A DNA stretch of 64,000 nucleotides from Bugula neritina (taxonomy: Eukaryota > Animalia > Bryozoa), in NCBI GenBank assembly GCA_964035545.1, contig OZ037769.1, positions 11,004,633 through 11,068,632 of the forward strand, in the 5' to 3' direction. This document shows, piece after piece, positions 46,621-60,525 of the stretch. The notes under the pieces were generated by a model, which did not search any database, was not told the origin of the DNA, and saw nothing but the letters and a program-made list of their open reading frames with translations. A program made the translations under genes and the position numbers. Every line of letters begins with the position of its first letter. The stretch's first letter is position 1.

Positions 46621-49199
46621 CTGCCATGTATTGAACTAGCCTTGTCAATACACCACATAAACTTATTGCGACATAACCACATTTTATGTACTGGGTTACT
46701 TCTTATTCTAATGTCTATTTGTTTAAACTCATTATATACAGTTTTTTGCCATACCAATATACCAGCCAGTTGTTATTCTGTCACTTTTTATCTAGATGTA
46801 TTCTTATGTCAGTTACTTGTTAGCTTCAATACAATTCATACATTCTACTCTACAGCCAATCTTACTTATACATGTATAATCTTACTGTTTACTCTAGTTT
46901 AAACAAAATAACAAGAAGACAACAGTATACCGGTATAGATAGTATGCCACAGCCACATGCTGTCACCTGCCATCATTTGTTGAAGATGGTCTACCTGCAG
47001 TTCTTTGATAGTATCTACTTGTATGTACTTATCGTATACAAAGCATACACTAAGTACCATATTATAATAGAAATCCCAACATATCTAATATACAAGTGTA
47101 TGAAGGTCACTGTAATGAGCTGCAGACTGTACTATTAAGTTATTTAAGTAGCCACTGAGTTACTGAGTAGGAAACTAATTAGCAAATAATATGGAGATGA
47201 AGCAATGCCTGCCCATAGTTTATATTCCTTTTCAGACGGATTTCAGTCTAGGTTTTAGAATGTAGCACAAGACAATATATTTTGCCTTTGAATCAACACT
47301 AATTTTCAAAAACCCTGAATCAATAAAGTTGAGACTTGCTCATCAACATCTTGACATATAACTGCACCTGAAGTAGGAGCAGCCACATTATAATTAGTAT
47401 AGTTCAGTGGCAATTCAGACCCTTTATTAAGTGCACAGTGCCCGCCTTTATCATGCCAATTTAGTTTACAAACAGCTAATTGACTCATGGATGCACTACA
47501 ACAGGGGTGTGTAAGCAATTTGTTTCATAGTTGAAGGTGATCTATAACTTGTAGGAACTTTACTGTTTCTACCATTTAATTAACTTAATGAGCCAAGATG
47601 GTACATTTAATATTTAATAAGTATAGGAATCTGCATTTCAAGAATTTGTTTATACCTAACACAAAATAGTTGAATACTACAACATACATATATACAGTTC
47701 AGGTTGCTAGTGAGCAAAATAGAATTTGATTTCACCATTGCATCAAATCCATCATTTCTATTTGATAGAAAGTGCATTGCTTGTGATAGTTCTTAGCCGA
47801 AGATAGTTGTGAGTTAGTACTTATCAGAGTGAGATCTTGGCAGAAAAGCTGGTTAATTATGAAGAAAGTGAGTCAGAATCATTCTAGCAAGCTCAACAAC
47901 AAGTAGACATCCTTACAAGCTAAGTTTTACAGCTGATGCCTAAAATGCAAGGCTTAAAGAGCTGCTGCAACCACTAAAGATTAGGTGTTCTACCTTAAAA
48001 CTCTATTCAACTGTGATAGCTTATTGCATCAGCCTTAAACTAGTTATTAATTTACTATCACAAATATTGGAACTTACCCTTTGAAGAGCAATACGATCAG
48101 CCCTCAGGAGCGTGCATTGAGTGACCTAACCAACTGTTGACTGTAAACTATTGACTCTACAGCCCATGCGCACGCTTAGAACTAACTCTACTTCATTGGC
48201 TGCCTTTGTTCCCTTTGCTGTATTGGCCATTTATTACAAAGATGGCAAACAATGTGAACTAACATGTATTCATAAGCTATGAAAGTAATAATCTTCAACG
48301 ATTTGTGTGTTCCATCCTGCGTAATGTAGCCATAAACTCATTAATGAATTATATTATTTTGTTATTTAAATATTACATTTTTTGAAAGACATAAAATCTC
48401 TAGTGAGTAGGTATTCACCTATAAATTAACTTATACAGTAGGAGAAGAGATGAAAATTTAAACAAGCAAAGCAAAGAAATAGACAATGCTTTGCGGAATC
48501 ACTTATCAATGATGAATACGGTTGCCGAGTCCCCAGAGAAAAAAGTGCACTTGGAAAATAGCTACTATTTCAAACGTATATAACATTGATTGCTAAGCAG
48601 CTTTAAAACGCCAAATGCACACACAGCTCTGGGGATTAAAAAGAATAATATGGTAGAAAGAGAGGGAACAAAGATGTATAGACCATCTATGAGAGAATGG
48701 ATACAGCAAGCAATAGGTAGTAAATAGGGCTGGTGGCTGACTAAGCATTGGCCTAAGGGCGGATATAATATAATGCAATATAAACACATAAAGCAAATCT
48801 AATAATAATAATGATGCAATAATAATCATGTGATAAAAGAGTATGGTAGAATATTGTGATCTAATAACATGACTACTAAGATAATACTTACCGTATAATT
48901 ATATAATATGATGATATAAGAATATAATTATTATAATAATATGGTATAATAGTATGGTATAAAGTGATATAATAATATATAATGAGCTGTAATAATGATA
49001 TAATACAGATGATGCAACAAAACGGCATAACATGTGGTATAATGTGACATTTGATATAATGAAATGATATACTAACATGATATATTTATATCATAACAAT
49101 ATAAATATGACATAATTGATATATGATAAGATGATATATCAGAGTTGTCATTTCTACCGTTCTTACTTGGACAGACTTATTAGACTTAAAACCATGTTT

Positions 49200-49375
49200 A
49201 AAATCTTTATCCTGGTGGCCTGTGAGAACCCCCCCCATGGTAAGAGTATTTTTTCAAGTAGGCCAAGTGCTGCGTATGCTGTGTGAACAGACAATTATGA
49301 TTGGATGTTTTTTCTGACATCACCAATTGCCCTGCTGGCACTGGAACCCATGACTTGTAGCGCTTGTTGGTAGCT
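49200..49375 (-). mobile_element. Degenerate SINE related to the family above
   Basis: CAATTATGATTGGATG...CTGACATCACCAAT...GAACCCATGAC matches the SINE core in reverse. Confidence 0.55.
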
Positions 49376-51581
49376 ATCTCAAACTTATTAGTCAATCTTT
49401 ACTAAGTGTGAAAAACTGATTAAATTGAATTGGTAACAATTCTAAACTATCTCTTTATGAAACTGCAATATAAGACGTGACAGTTTAAATACTCAGCCAG
49501 TTTAAAATTTTGTAGGCCGGTGCTTATAACCAAAATTACTTCAGCATATCTTTGACAGCAAATCCTTATAAAGAATTAAAATATTCATATATATCGTAGA
49601 TATCATCTACAGACTGTTTGAGGGTTGTATGTGCTCAAACAACTTTGTCCTATAATGAAGTTTGCGCAAACTTTTCTTGAATTGATTTGGAATTTATGAT
49701 GTAAGTCTGTGGCGTTATAAAACTAGAAGTAATTATTGCTAACTTTCATTATACACAGATATTAGCTGCTGCAGAGCACATCTTGACCGACGGGACAGTC
49801 TCAAAGTTTAAACTATGAACTTTTAAGCTGCGTGTTGCAGTAGCAAGAAAAGCACTCAATGAAAGTGAACAATAATAACTATTAGTTATATATTACTACA
49901 AGCTATAAGTGCTATAAGAAGGCACCAGGAATATGAATCAGAAATTCCAAATTAATTCAAGACATGTTTGCACAAAATCTCTTACAAAACAAAGTATTGT
50001 TTAAGCATACAACCATCAAACAGCTAGGATATATATTGTATGAATATTTTAACACTGCCTAAATGAACAGTCAGGATCCTTTAATAATTCAATACAAAAC
50101 ATTCTTAGCTTGCCTTTACTTGGAGAGCATGTAATATAGAATGAAAAGTCTGCTTTATAAACTTGTTCATGTGGATGTAGCAAGCATGCAGTTACCTTAC
50201 CTATAAGTACTGCTGAAACTCTCATAGAAATCTAATTGTTCAGAAATTGCTCGACTACTTAACAAATATTTCTTTACCTATAGTGAGCAAGTTTGTGTTA
50301 ATACTTGCAACTGCAAGTTAGTTTACTACATACTTGGAATTGGAAAAAATATTTTACTGTGCTTGACATTTACATCCGATACTAATGTTATCAGTGGTAA
50401 AAACAGTTATGCCCCAACAGGCTAATAACAAAACTGGATTTATTGACTAGGTTCTCTTTATAAAATGAATTGCAGGATTACTTTGTCCAGTTATAAGAAT
50501 ATTGCCCCTCATTCAGGCCCCTGATTTAATTTGTATTGAAACAGGCATACTAGATAATCACACTATTTTTATTGAGAATAAAGAGTTTTTTTACAAAATC
50601 TGAAAACGAGTATAACAAGAGCTTTTATTAGAAAAAAGGGAAATACTTTGAATAGCAGAATTAGAGCACAATCAGCATATAAAATATATCAAGTTTGATA
50701 AGAAAAATAATACACAAGGTTAAACCAAACATATATGTATATATTGTATACACATGTGAAACTTGTATGCATTTATTTTCAATTTTTGAATTACAGAAAA
50801 TTTCCTAACACTAGGAAATTTTATTAAAGCCTATTGTAAATTCTAGCTAACAAAATTTATTGAGAGATGAAAATAGAAAAGTGGATAAATATTGGCAGAG
50901 AATCAAACAGTGACACCAAAATAACTCACTTATACTGCTGGAAGAACTTTCCTGAGGCTTACACGTCATGATATAGCAACAAAACCTGAGCTGCCTTATT
51001 CAGCAAGTCAATGATTTAAAATAATCTAGTAATTAGTTACTATTACTCAGTTGTGATCTTTAAAAACTCAGGTAGTTTAAAAACTTAGAGGCACACATAT
51101 AAAATCTTTCAAAATCGTTTTAAAATGGTGATTAATTGTTTAAATTGACAGCAAAAGAGAGAAATTTGATAAGCCATCATTTTATATAATAAAACAATTG
51201 TTGCCTCATGACTGATCAGCTCAGAAAAATGCTGGAAGTTAAAAACCATCAACAACTCAGTTCCTCCCAAAAAACCAACAGATATAGGACACCGTAACAA
51301 AACACAAGTTCTACAAAAATATCAGCAAAATATTTTTTAAGAAACCGGATTATATAATCAATGAAATATTTAGATGACCAATAATCTACATAAAAATAGT
51401 TGATATTAAAAAACTCAATTTAAAGACATTGATCTAGAATCATGTGACCTTTATATAACAACTAGTACAGTCTACCAAGTGTTACTATTATGCTATAGTA
51501 ATGACCAGGTACGAAGTGAATATAACAATAGACGTGTAGAACTCTAATAGACTATAACAGGAGAGCACCCTATTGAAGAGG

Positions 51582-54500
51582 TTAGCTTAAAGCTTCCCTA
51601 GAAGGAATGTCCACAAATCCTTTAGATATGATGCTCCACCAGAGTCCGAGAAAGGTAACTCTCGGCTTGTTTTGCTGAACGATAGCTTTCAGATTTCTAT
51701 ATGTTAGTTCAGTGGTTGGTAGCTCAAGATATCTAGAAATGAGTATAACATCTTCCACTATTAATAGTAATAGTACTAGTAGTATTAACAGTACCACTAG
51801 TACTAATAGTACTGTCAGTACCACTAAAACTATTAGTACTGATAGTCCAAACAGTACTAGTAGTACTAACAGTACTATATTAGTGCCACTAGTATTATTG
51901 GTACAGCACCCTCGACTTCGCGCACACACACATATATTAGTAATAGGTTGAACTTCCCAAACTACACATACCAACTATAGTAACACATATTGCAGTATAA
52001 TAACATACGGCATTACTAATTATTAGAATTTGCTCAAAATATTTTCTTCTAGTTATTATACTAAATAGCATAACAATTCTATTTTTAATGTTTTATTATC
52101 AATATTATGATAGCACTCTAACCTGCTCATCAGCTCTCTCACATTCTTAGCAAACAACTCTGGATTCTCTTTCTCTTCGTCTGACGGATGGTACACTGGA
52201 TGCAGCATAACCTCAATTCTGGTGATGGGTGTACATAACAGCAGAGACCACATGGATATCCTAAAGGTAGAGTGGCAGTATAGAGTAGTGTTGACTAGGG
52301 CAGTGAAGAGTGGAGTTAGGTAGAATAGAATAGTGTAGGGTGGAATAGAAAGGTTTAGAATAGGATAGAGTCGAATAAGGTAGTGAAGTATAGAGTATAG
52401 AGTAATGTAGAATAGTACAGAGTAAATTAAAGCAATGAAGAGAACAATGTAGCATGGGATAGGGAATTACAGCTGAACAAACGTATGCTAGTCAATACCT
52501 GTCTCACTAGCTACAAGAACAATTCATCAATATTAGAGAGTGACTAAACCTAAATCCAAAAGAATAAAAAAAATTCTTACCAAGAAATACCTTTAAAAGA
52601 GATATAACTGAAATGAAGATATACAAAAGTATACTCACAGCCCTGGACCTGTATCCACCCAGCTGGTGACGTCAAGTCTCCGGTTGTTATACTTCACTGT
52701 GATTGGCTGTACAGATACACCGGGTAAGAAAGCTCCTGTGATGAAAGAATATAACTAAATGCTTCCAGAAAGCTCCGGAATTTCACTTGTTGTCACTCAG
52801 TTTAAGGTGAGTAACTCAGTTCAACTGACAGATGAGTACTCAGTTTGACTCACAGATGAGTACTCAGTTTAACTGACAGATAAGTAACTCAGTTTGACTC
52901 ACAGATGAGTACTCAGTTTAACTGACAGGTGAGTAACTGAGTTTAACTCACAGGTGAGTCCCAAGAGCATATAGCACTTGTCCACAAGTTATTGCGATCA
53001 ACCCAAAATTTTTATATTGAAGCAACAAATGCTTACTGATGAAAATACACATGACATTATGATATTTGCTGTAAATTCAACAGAACACAAACCTGTTTTG
53101 AATGGGAGGAGACTTTTGCCATTAGTGCAGAACCCTTCAGGAAGTACTATCAACTGAGGCCATGCCCCCTTAGCCTCTGCTCTCATCTTGATCTTTGCAG
53201 CGGCTTTATTACGAGAGTCTGGGTCACCTCTCTCCACAAATATAGACTGATTTGCACGAAATATAGCTAAAGGCATAAACAAATTTTTGCTTGAAATCAC
53301 ATTACAATATTAATGCTAAGAATCAAAATTTTTCTCAACAATAAATAAAACTTTTTACATAACCTTGTAAAGTACCAACTATTTTAATTAGAGCAATAGC
53401 CATAAATATTTATCATCTACATAGCAATTTAAAGACACTGTGAACCGAAATATAAAGAAGATAGATACGGACACATTGTTGTAGCAACATATCTAAAAAA
53501 CCTAGATTGTGTCCATCAATTAATTAGAATAGCTACGGTTATTCATCACCTATAAGCGAAACATGAAGAAGATAGATATGAACACATATAGCTGGCAAAA
53601 GAAGGCTAGGCGTAGAGATGGTTGAAGATGTATGATGAGACCAAAATGAAAGCAATTATTGTAACGACAGACTGCTATGATGAGGGTGGCATAGTTGGTG
53701 TATTTATAGCTGACATCACTTTACACATTGTTTAGGAATTTTATTTGAATGTGTGTCAGTAGGAAAACTCAACCAATCAAGTATATACCAATTGAGGAGA
53801 ATAGAAGATTTGGACAGGTAACTATTAGCTAATTAGTTTTAGCCTCTGCATACAAGTTTATGATTTCTTAATAATATTTATAAGTTTCATAAAGTTTAAA
53901 ACTGAACAAACAAAAATGTTTTTCCGGTATCGTATTATTACATTCAACTTTTTACTTTTGCTTCAAAAGAAAGCTTGCAAAATTGAACTGTTTTGAAATA
54001 AAATTACTTTTAAGGGAATTCATGAAACCATGTTTGAAAAGTGTATATACTACTGTAATCTATATTTTCCTTGAACTTAATTTTTATGATGCATGATCAT
54101 GGTGAGATTTGTTTTTTTTTATTATACATAAATTATTTCTTATAACCATAGAGTTTCATTGTTTATAAATTATGAGGTACAATGATTTTAAAGATACTTT
54201 GATGAAATGGGTGAATACTATAATATGAGCTTTTATAATTTTTATATTGTAATATGAGTTTAAATAAAATATATTAACTACAAATAAAAGAATGTGCCTT
54301 AACATCATTGAAACGTGTTATTTGCATCTTGCTCTTATAGTATATTGAACAACAGTTCAAAAAACCTGGTACCCACCTCCTAACAGAGGTATTTTAACAT
54401 TATCCATCATAGACACAGCCCCGGGCAGCCCGACCATAGCCCCGGCCAGCGGGTCTATAGACGAGGTGTGGGGAGCCATGATCAGCAGAGGAGCCTCCTT

Positions 54501-57500
54501 GCTGGACGCCTGCCTCCCCTTCACCGTCTGGGACATGATTCCCGCGGAAAATGCAATACATCTGGAGAAGAACACTGCCAGGTCTCGAAATACTCTACAA
54601 ATATTACACCACAGTTGAACACACTGAGGATGAAGTTTCACACAAAAAATAAAACTACACTGTATAATATTTTGGAACTTAAGGCCTGGCCTCACCATTG
54701 TGAGAATCACACAAAATCGTCTATTTGACACGAAAAAGCCATCGTACGAGAAAATTTGCGGGAATTCAAACGAAATCGTCTTCGTTGGGTGTACACAACG
54801 ATGACGATGGACGAAAAATCAAAATTGACGATAAGCACCATTTGATTGGTCAATAGAATTTTAGCAACAGTAATTATCTTATTTCTACCACTTTTCTCTA
54901 TTTGGCAATTTTCTGCTACTTGTATCTCGTGCAAGACTCATTCATAGACTATTTATTATGTGTTTCGTCCGACGAGTGTGTGGCTGGTCTTAACAAGAGG
55001 ATAACTCACGAAAATCGTCAAACGATTTCGTGTGATTCTGACGATTGTGAGGCCAGGCCTTTAGTTTGAAAATTCATTGAATGGTTTTTCCTTTTGAAAA
55101 ATAGAGCATCAAACAATTTTAATGTTTCAGCAAAAATGCTTGTCAATGATTGGCCAATATGGCAAATGAAATTAGCCTATCAACTTTTTATGTTTATCAA
55201 ACCATGATTGAATGATTTTCCCGTCCCAATTGAAAAAAAAGAAAATTCCTTTAGGATTATTATCACCAAGTGCATATTGTATCACTGGTTCAAGTGGATA
55301 ACACTGAATCAATTTTCAGATGATTTAAAAACATAAGCAGTAATATATTTACTGTTTCCAATGAGTTGATTTAGTCTACGTAATTCTGAAGAAAATTAGT
55401 TTAGTTGATTGAATACTATTTTCTATCTTAAAGAGAAAAAATATGTGCACATATTATTTTAATGGTGACTACAAATCATAATTTGGTATTAAAACAGGGG
55501 TTTAAAGTATAAATTCCATAATTTATATCGCAAGATTTAAATAATTTAGAACATTGCCCCGAAATTTAATATTTAAAAATTACCTAACAATATTCAAATG
55601 TTTTACTCTATGTAAAGTATTGTATGCAAATTAACCCAAATTGGTAGATTTATTCCACAGAGTTGCAGACAATTAGTTTATGGTGTGTGATGTCCAACAA
55701 CTAGTAGCAATGAGCTACTTACAATGATGTCTAACAACTAGTAGTAATGATATCATGAGCTACTTACAATGATGTCTAACAACAACTAGTAGTAATAAGC
55801 TACTTACAAGCGCCATCCACTAAGAGGTTGAGAGGGTTCAAGAGGCAGCCCCATCACTGATATGTTCGCAACAATTGATGCCAGAATAATAAAAGTGAAC
55901 ACAAACACTAATCTAATTGGTGCAACTGTAAACGCCATGATCAACCACTAAAATTACGGAAGAAAAAAGTAAATTCTATGAAACAACCAATAACATGCAT
56001 GGCCATCTACACGCCATGCTCAACCAATAAAATGCAAGCTGTAAGTAAATTGTTAAAAAAACATGCAAAAAAAGTTTATGCATAAAAAATATTTAAGTAT
56101 ATACAAAGTATAAAAGTTTAGATGCAAAATTAATACTTGTCTTTAATATTCCAAACAATGTAGTAGCAACAATCAACACAGAAATTATCTTCTCCTGGTT
56201 GGTGCACTCGTACACAGATAAGTGTTGCTTAGGTACAATAAGTAACTAGTATGCAGTCTAAAGAACCAAACACAGTGAGTAAAACTCATGTTTCTCAAAA
56301 GGAGACATTTGAACAAATGTGTAAACATGAGCCAGACAAGGCGAAAGAAGGTGAATTCCTGCCAGATGATTACTTTATTTTGGTCAATCATAAGGAGCCA
56401 GTAAGAGGGGAACAACTCTAAATTATCAGTTCTGTTAATTTAAAAACAGCGAGTACCGTAAAACGGGGTTACTTTAGCTACCTGGGGTAATTTTGGCCAT
56501 TTTGGAAAAAATGTTTAAAATGTAGCTGGTGCTATATCTATGCAGTCTAAAGATATTTTAATTGTATATATGCACTGACTGTAGATTGATGCATCCTATT
56601 CATAAAAAATAATTGATATACTCATTTGCTGCTTCTTGCTGTCAGCCATTTGGACTTCCTGTTTGACAACAAGATTTTCAGCGCTGTCCAACTTTATTCT
56701 ATTTGAAGGCATTGGAAAAGCTCAACTCATTATTTTCTCTTGGTTAAAGAACTTTGGTAAGTATTTAACCATGATATTTGTAATTTAGGTAATTAAATTG
56801 AAATCCAAAATTAGAATCTGTGTCTTAAAATCACTGTGTACAATTTTTGACGAATTTGGGGTAACTTTGGCCATGACTAAATGGTACTCCAAAGTAAGTT
56901 TCTGGCAGCGCTGTGAATTTCCTGTTACTTCAAACACTTAGTACATTACCCTCTAAAGGCACAATGATTTGATTCACCTATATCCGATGCTTTATTTATG
57001 TATTTCAAACAACTTAGAGCCCGAAATATGAAATAATTGTATGGGGAATTATGCATTTTTGTTCCCACATAGCAATTTTGTGTTATTTCAACGTTTTTTC
57101 ATATGAAAATCTGACCATGCATTGTAAAATGGTTTTTTCAGGACAATTATACCCAGAAAATGTCGGAGGAAAGCAACATCTCCAAAATATGGTATATCTG
57201 AGGAGATCATTGGTTTCGCTTTATTCACAAGAATTGGCAGCTGGAAAGTCTTGACGAGAAGTGGCTAAAAATATGATTTTACCAAAGCAACACTACAAAA
57301 CAGAGCCACATGAAGACACAAGCTAAAAGCTGGACGCCAAACTGTGTTATCACAAGTAGAGGGAGTAGCCATTGTTGACCATACTACAAAGCTGGCTCAA
57401 TGGGGCTTTCCATTAGATAAAACAGACTTTCGAATGATAGTCAAGACCTATTTTGACAAATGTGAGAGAAGTGTGCAACAGTTCAAAAACAACTACCCTC

Positions 57501-60500
57501 AAGATCACTGGAGTCTCAGTTTTATGTTAAGACATAAAGATAGCTTGTCTCACAGGTTGTGCCAAAACATAGCACCGGAATGAGCAACAGTTAATCCTGA
57601 AGACATTACGGATTATTTAAAAAATCTGGAAACAACTGCCACAACCTATAGTTTGAGAGGGTATATTTGACTTTCAAATGACATTCAGTGATATGAATTT
57701 GTACAGTGATTTATTCAATGTTGCCAGCAAATTACATACTTTTTTTTATACATGTACAATTTTTTTTACACTAAATTAAAATGTACCTCGAATAGCTGTG
57801 GCTTCAATGAAATAATTATACTATTATAGCTTGAATTTTGTTTAAAGTATATTTTTTGGCGATAATGAAGTTTAATAATGTTGTTCTTTAATTTCTAGCT
57901 GACCAAAGAAACTCCAAGTACTGCCAACTTTAGCCACATGAAGAATAACAATACCGGCCAAAGTAACCCCGAAATTAGGGTAACTTTGGCCACCTACTTT
58001 TTCCAATACCACAAGAGATCTAGCAGTCCCAAACTCCAAATAGTTTTTTCATTTAGTGCAGTGGTTTCCAACCTTTTTCATACTATTCCCCCCTTTCATA
58101 AATGTTGACTATTAATTTCCCCCTTTCTAAGAGCGAAAAGATTTTATGGCTTACTGAATGAGAATATATGATACAATGCAATATATTTTGTTCTATTATA
58201 TTTGCATATAGTATAATTATCATAATAGTAATATTATAGTTATTTTTATGTTATTAAACACAAAGCAGTTCAATTATTAATTTTATGGTTTGCTTAAGCC
58301 TGGATCTGTTTTTGACTAGGCCCGTCTCAAGTCACTCTGTAGGTTAAGGCCATTTCTCTTCTTTTTGATTTGATGAGAATCCTACCTCACAGGGATAGGT
58401 GGTGCTGGATGGCACCAAAACTCTGCTTTGTCAGCTATGTGTGGAAAGAGTTTACTTGTTAAAAGTTAGAATGATTTTAGGTAAAAATGGCACAGGTGAT
58501 AATGGCACAAACGGAAAAGTAGGTAAAAATGGCACACCGATGTTAAGTTTTTCCAAACTCAAACCCCAAACCCTTGAACTCCAAACCCTCACCCCCTAAC
58601 TCAAACCCCCACCCCCCAACTCCAGAACCTCAAGTACAAACCCAAAATCCTCACCTCAAACCCCACTTTCAAATTCCAAACCCCCCCAATGTTGAAAACA
58701 TGTGCCATTTTTACTTACTTTTCCATTTGTGCCATTATTACCTGTGCCATTTCTACTGGGCACCACCCACAATACATCAATTGGAGAAGATTTCAAATCA
58801 CCCTTCATCGCTGAAGTGAACCAACTCAATGAAATTCTCCTGTAATTCCTCTGAAATCTTTTCAACAAAGCTTTGCAATGGGTCACATGTCAAGTTAGGA
58901 ATCTAGCTCTTTTTTTTTGGGAGGTAGCTCAGAGAAATACGGTTAAAACTCCATTAAAAGTTTACAGAGGTGCCTAGAAGTTTTTTTGAGAAATGATCTG
59001 GAACAGGTGGTGTCCGGTAAAAATGGCACAGGTAATAATGGCACAAATGGGAAATTAGGTAAAAATGAGACCTTTTCAATATTAGGATTGAAGATTTGAG
59101 TTGGGGGATTAGGCATTCAGGATAGGGGGTTTGGAGGTTTGGGAAAATTTAACACCAGTGTGCATTTTTTACCTAAAATCGGAACAGGTTCTTCTCCTAT
59201 AAAAGTTTATTGAGTGTGGGGAAAGACACCATGTTTTTGATTGAGATGCCACTTCTTCAGTGTAACTTTAAAAACATTGCTGCTGCTATGAAAAGCAATG
59301 ATATGATGATTGCACTCCTGCATTTTCAGGTTCAGATTATTTAGTGTAGCAAATATATTCACTAGGTATGTAGTATACCATTCATAGAGGTTGACTTGCA
59401 TGGCTGCTAAAAGTTGGCTTGTTGGTTTTTGCAAATTTTTTGACCTTCATTCGAAATAGCACAGAGAGCAGTTAGGGTAGAGTACTTAATAAACGCATTC
59501 ATGTAGAAGTAAACTGAGATTGCAGAATATGGTTTGGTTAAATAGATGAAGATTTATAAATATACATATACATGTAACTTGCAAGAGCTCAAAAAGCCTT
59601 CAGCAAATTTCGTGAAATTTTCAAAATCCAAATTCCCACCTAAAATGTCCAAATTCCCCCCTAGGGGGGTATTCCCCCCAGGTTGGGAACCACTGATTTA
59701 GTGCATATGTTGATAAGCTTCATTTAGCATTCAAAAATTTCAAAGAATATTGCGATCCTTTCATATGACACCCAAAAATATGTCTCAAAACCGCCAATGT
59801 TGCTCTGTTGTACGGTACCAGTTTTCGTTTGTTTTCAGGTAATCACTTTTAATTCGAAAAATTCCCCTTCAAAATCTATGCAATTTGCTTGTGTCTTGCA
59901 GCAAACTACAAGCAAAATTCACTAGGCAACCCCAGCTATGAGAAATTAATATTATAGACTAATGTCGAACAAATTTACTTAATGTGTTTGGTTCATTAAA
60001 AAAAATTTTGTAAAACTTTTTTTGTCAAAGTGCTATGAAAGCTATATGCTATGTTACTAGAAACAAGAAGCAAGTTTTAGAACATTATTAGTATTCAGGA
60101 ACAGATAAAGCAATAAAATTATCAACAATGAAATATACAACAAGTCTAGACTCACATGCACACCAAGTTAGAACATGTCTTGAGTATAAGCACTATGAAT
60201 CAACAATGTACAACATTAACTAATGGAGTCTAACATCTACCAACATTTTAGGAATAATAATGACCATTAAAATTTGAAATCTGAACAACTATTTCACCGA
60301 CTCTAGTATCAACTAATATCTATTAAAGCGAAATATATTGGCAATAGAATAAGACAACAGTAATATAGTAATATGTATGTGCCGGAGCATAGATGAGAAA
60401 CTTACAACAAATCTATCGCGAACAGTTGGGTAGAGAGAGTATCTGAAAGGGTGGGTGTCATACCAACTCTGACCACTCTTGCTTATATTTCCATTCTTTT

Positions 60501-60525
60501 CTCCATTGGCCAGCTCTTTAGTCAT
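51582..60525 (-). CDS. LPCAT-like acyltransferase paralog B (7 exons)
   Basis: Exons 60406-60525, 55808-55947, 54377-54594, 53093-53266, 52639-52735, 52123-52260, 51582-51732; intact HTSSID motif, WPQLIVLPEG; exon sizes mirror paralog A. Confidence 0.88.
52790..52958. repeat. Short tandem repeat, ~23-25 bp unit GAGTAMTCAGTTTRACT(G/C)ACAGAT
   Basis: Directly visible. Confidence 0.85.
54682..55060. mobile_element. PIF/Harbinger-type MITE
   Basis: TIR AGGCCTGGCCTCAC...GTGAGGCCAGGCCT with TTA TSD (54679-54681, 55061-55063). Confidence 0.85.
58473..58766. mobile_element. MITE with GGTAAAAATGGCAC repeats, nested in the hAT element
   Basis: Inverted arrays of AATGGCAC/GTGCCATT; second copy at ~59009-59180 in the opposite orientation. 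Confidence 0.65.
59009..59180. mobile_element. Second MITE copy of the same family
   Basis: Flanked by direct repeat GGAACAGGT (59000-59008, 59181-59189); boundaries approximate. Confidence 0.6.

Larger units (their letters stand above)
58059..59695 (-). mobile_element. Degenerate hAT (Buster/Charlie-like) element nested in the pogo element
   Basis: TIR CAGTGGTTTCCAACCT / AGGTTGGGAACCACTG, 8-bp TSD ATTTAGTG; transposase remnants YLVNIFATLNNLNLKMQ and YPCEVGFS on the minus strand. Confidence 0.88.
56456..59815 (+). mobile_element. Degenerate pogo/Tigger-like DNA transposon
   Basis: TA-CCGTAAAACGGGG ... GTTGTACGG-TA; repeated GGGGTAACTTTGGCC; broken CENP-B-type HTH transposase at ~57150-57650 (WGFPLDKTDFRMIVK...FKNNYP..W..SFM.RH). 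Confidence 0.8.

Noticed and set aside
46620-51500. Several 60-90-aa ORFs between LPCAT-A and LPCAT-B
   Set aside because: No recognisable motifs or spliceable coding structure; expected by chance in AT-rich DNA
51733-51974. Long hydrophobic LVLLVL / Ser-Thr-rich ORF segment
   Set aside because: Intronic low-complexity (TAGTAC-like) repeat upstream of the real last exon
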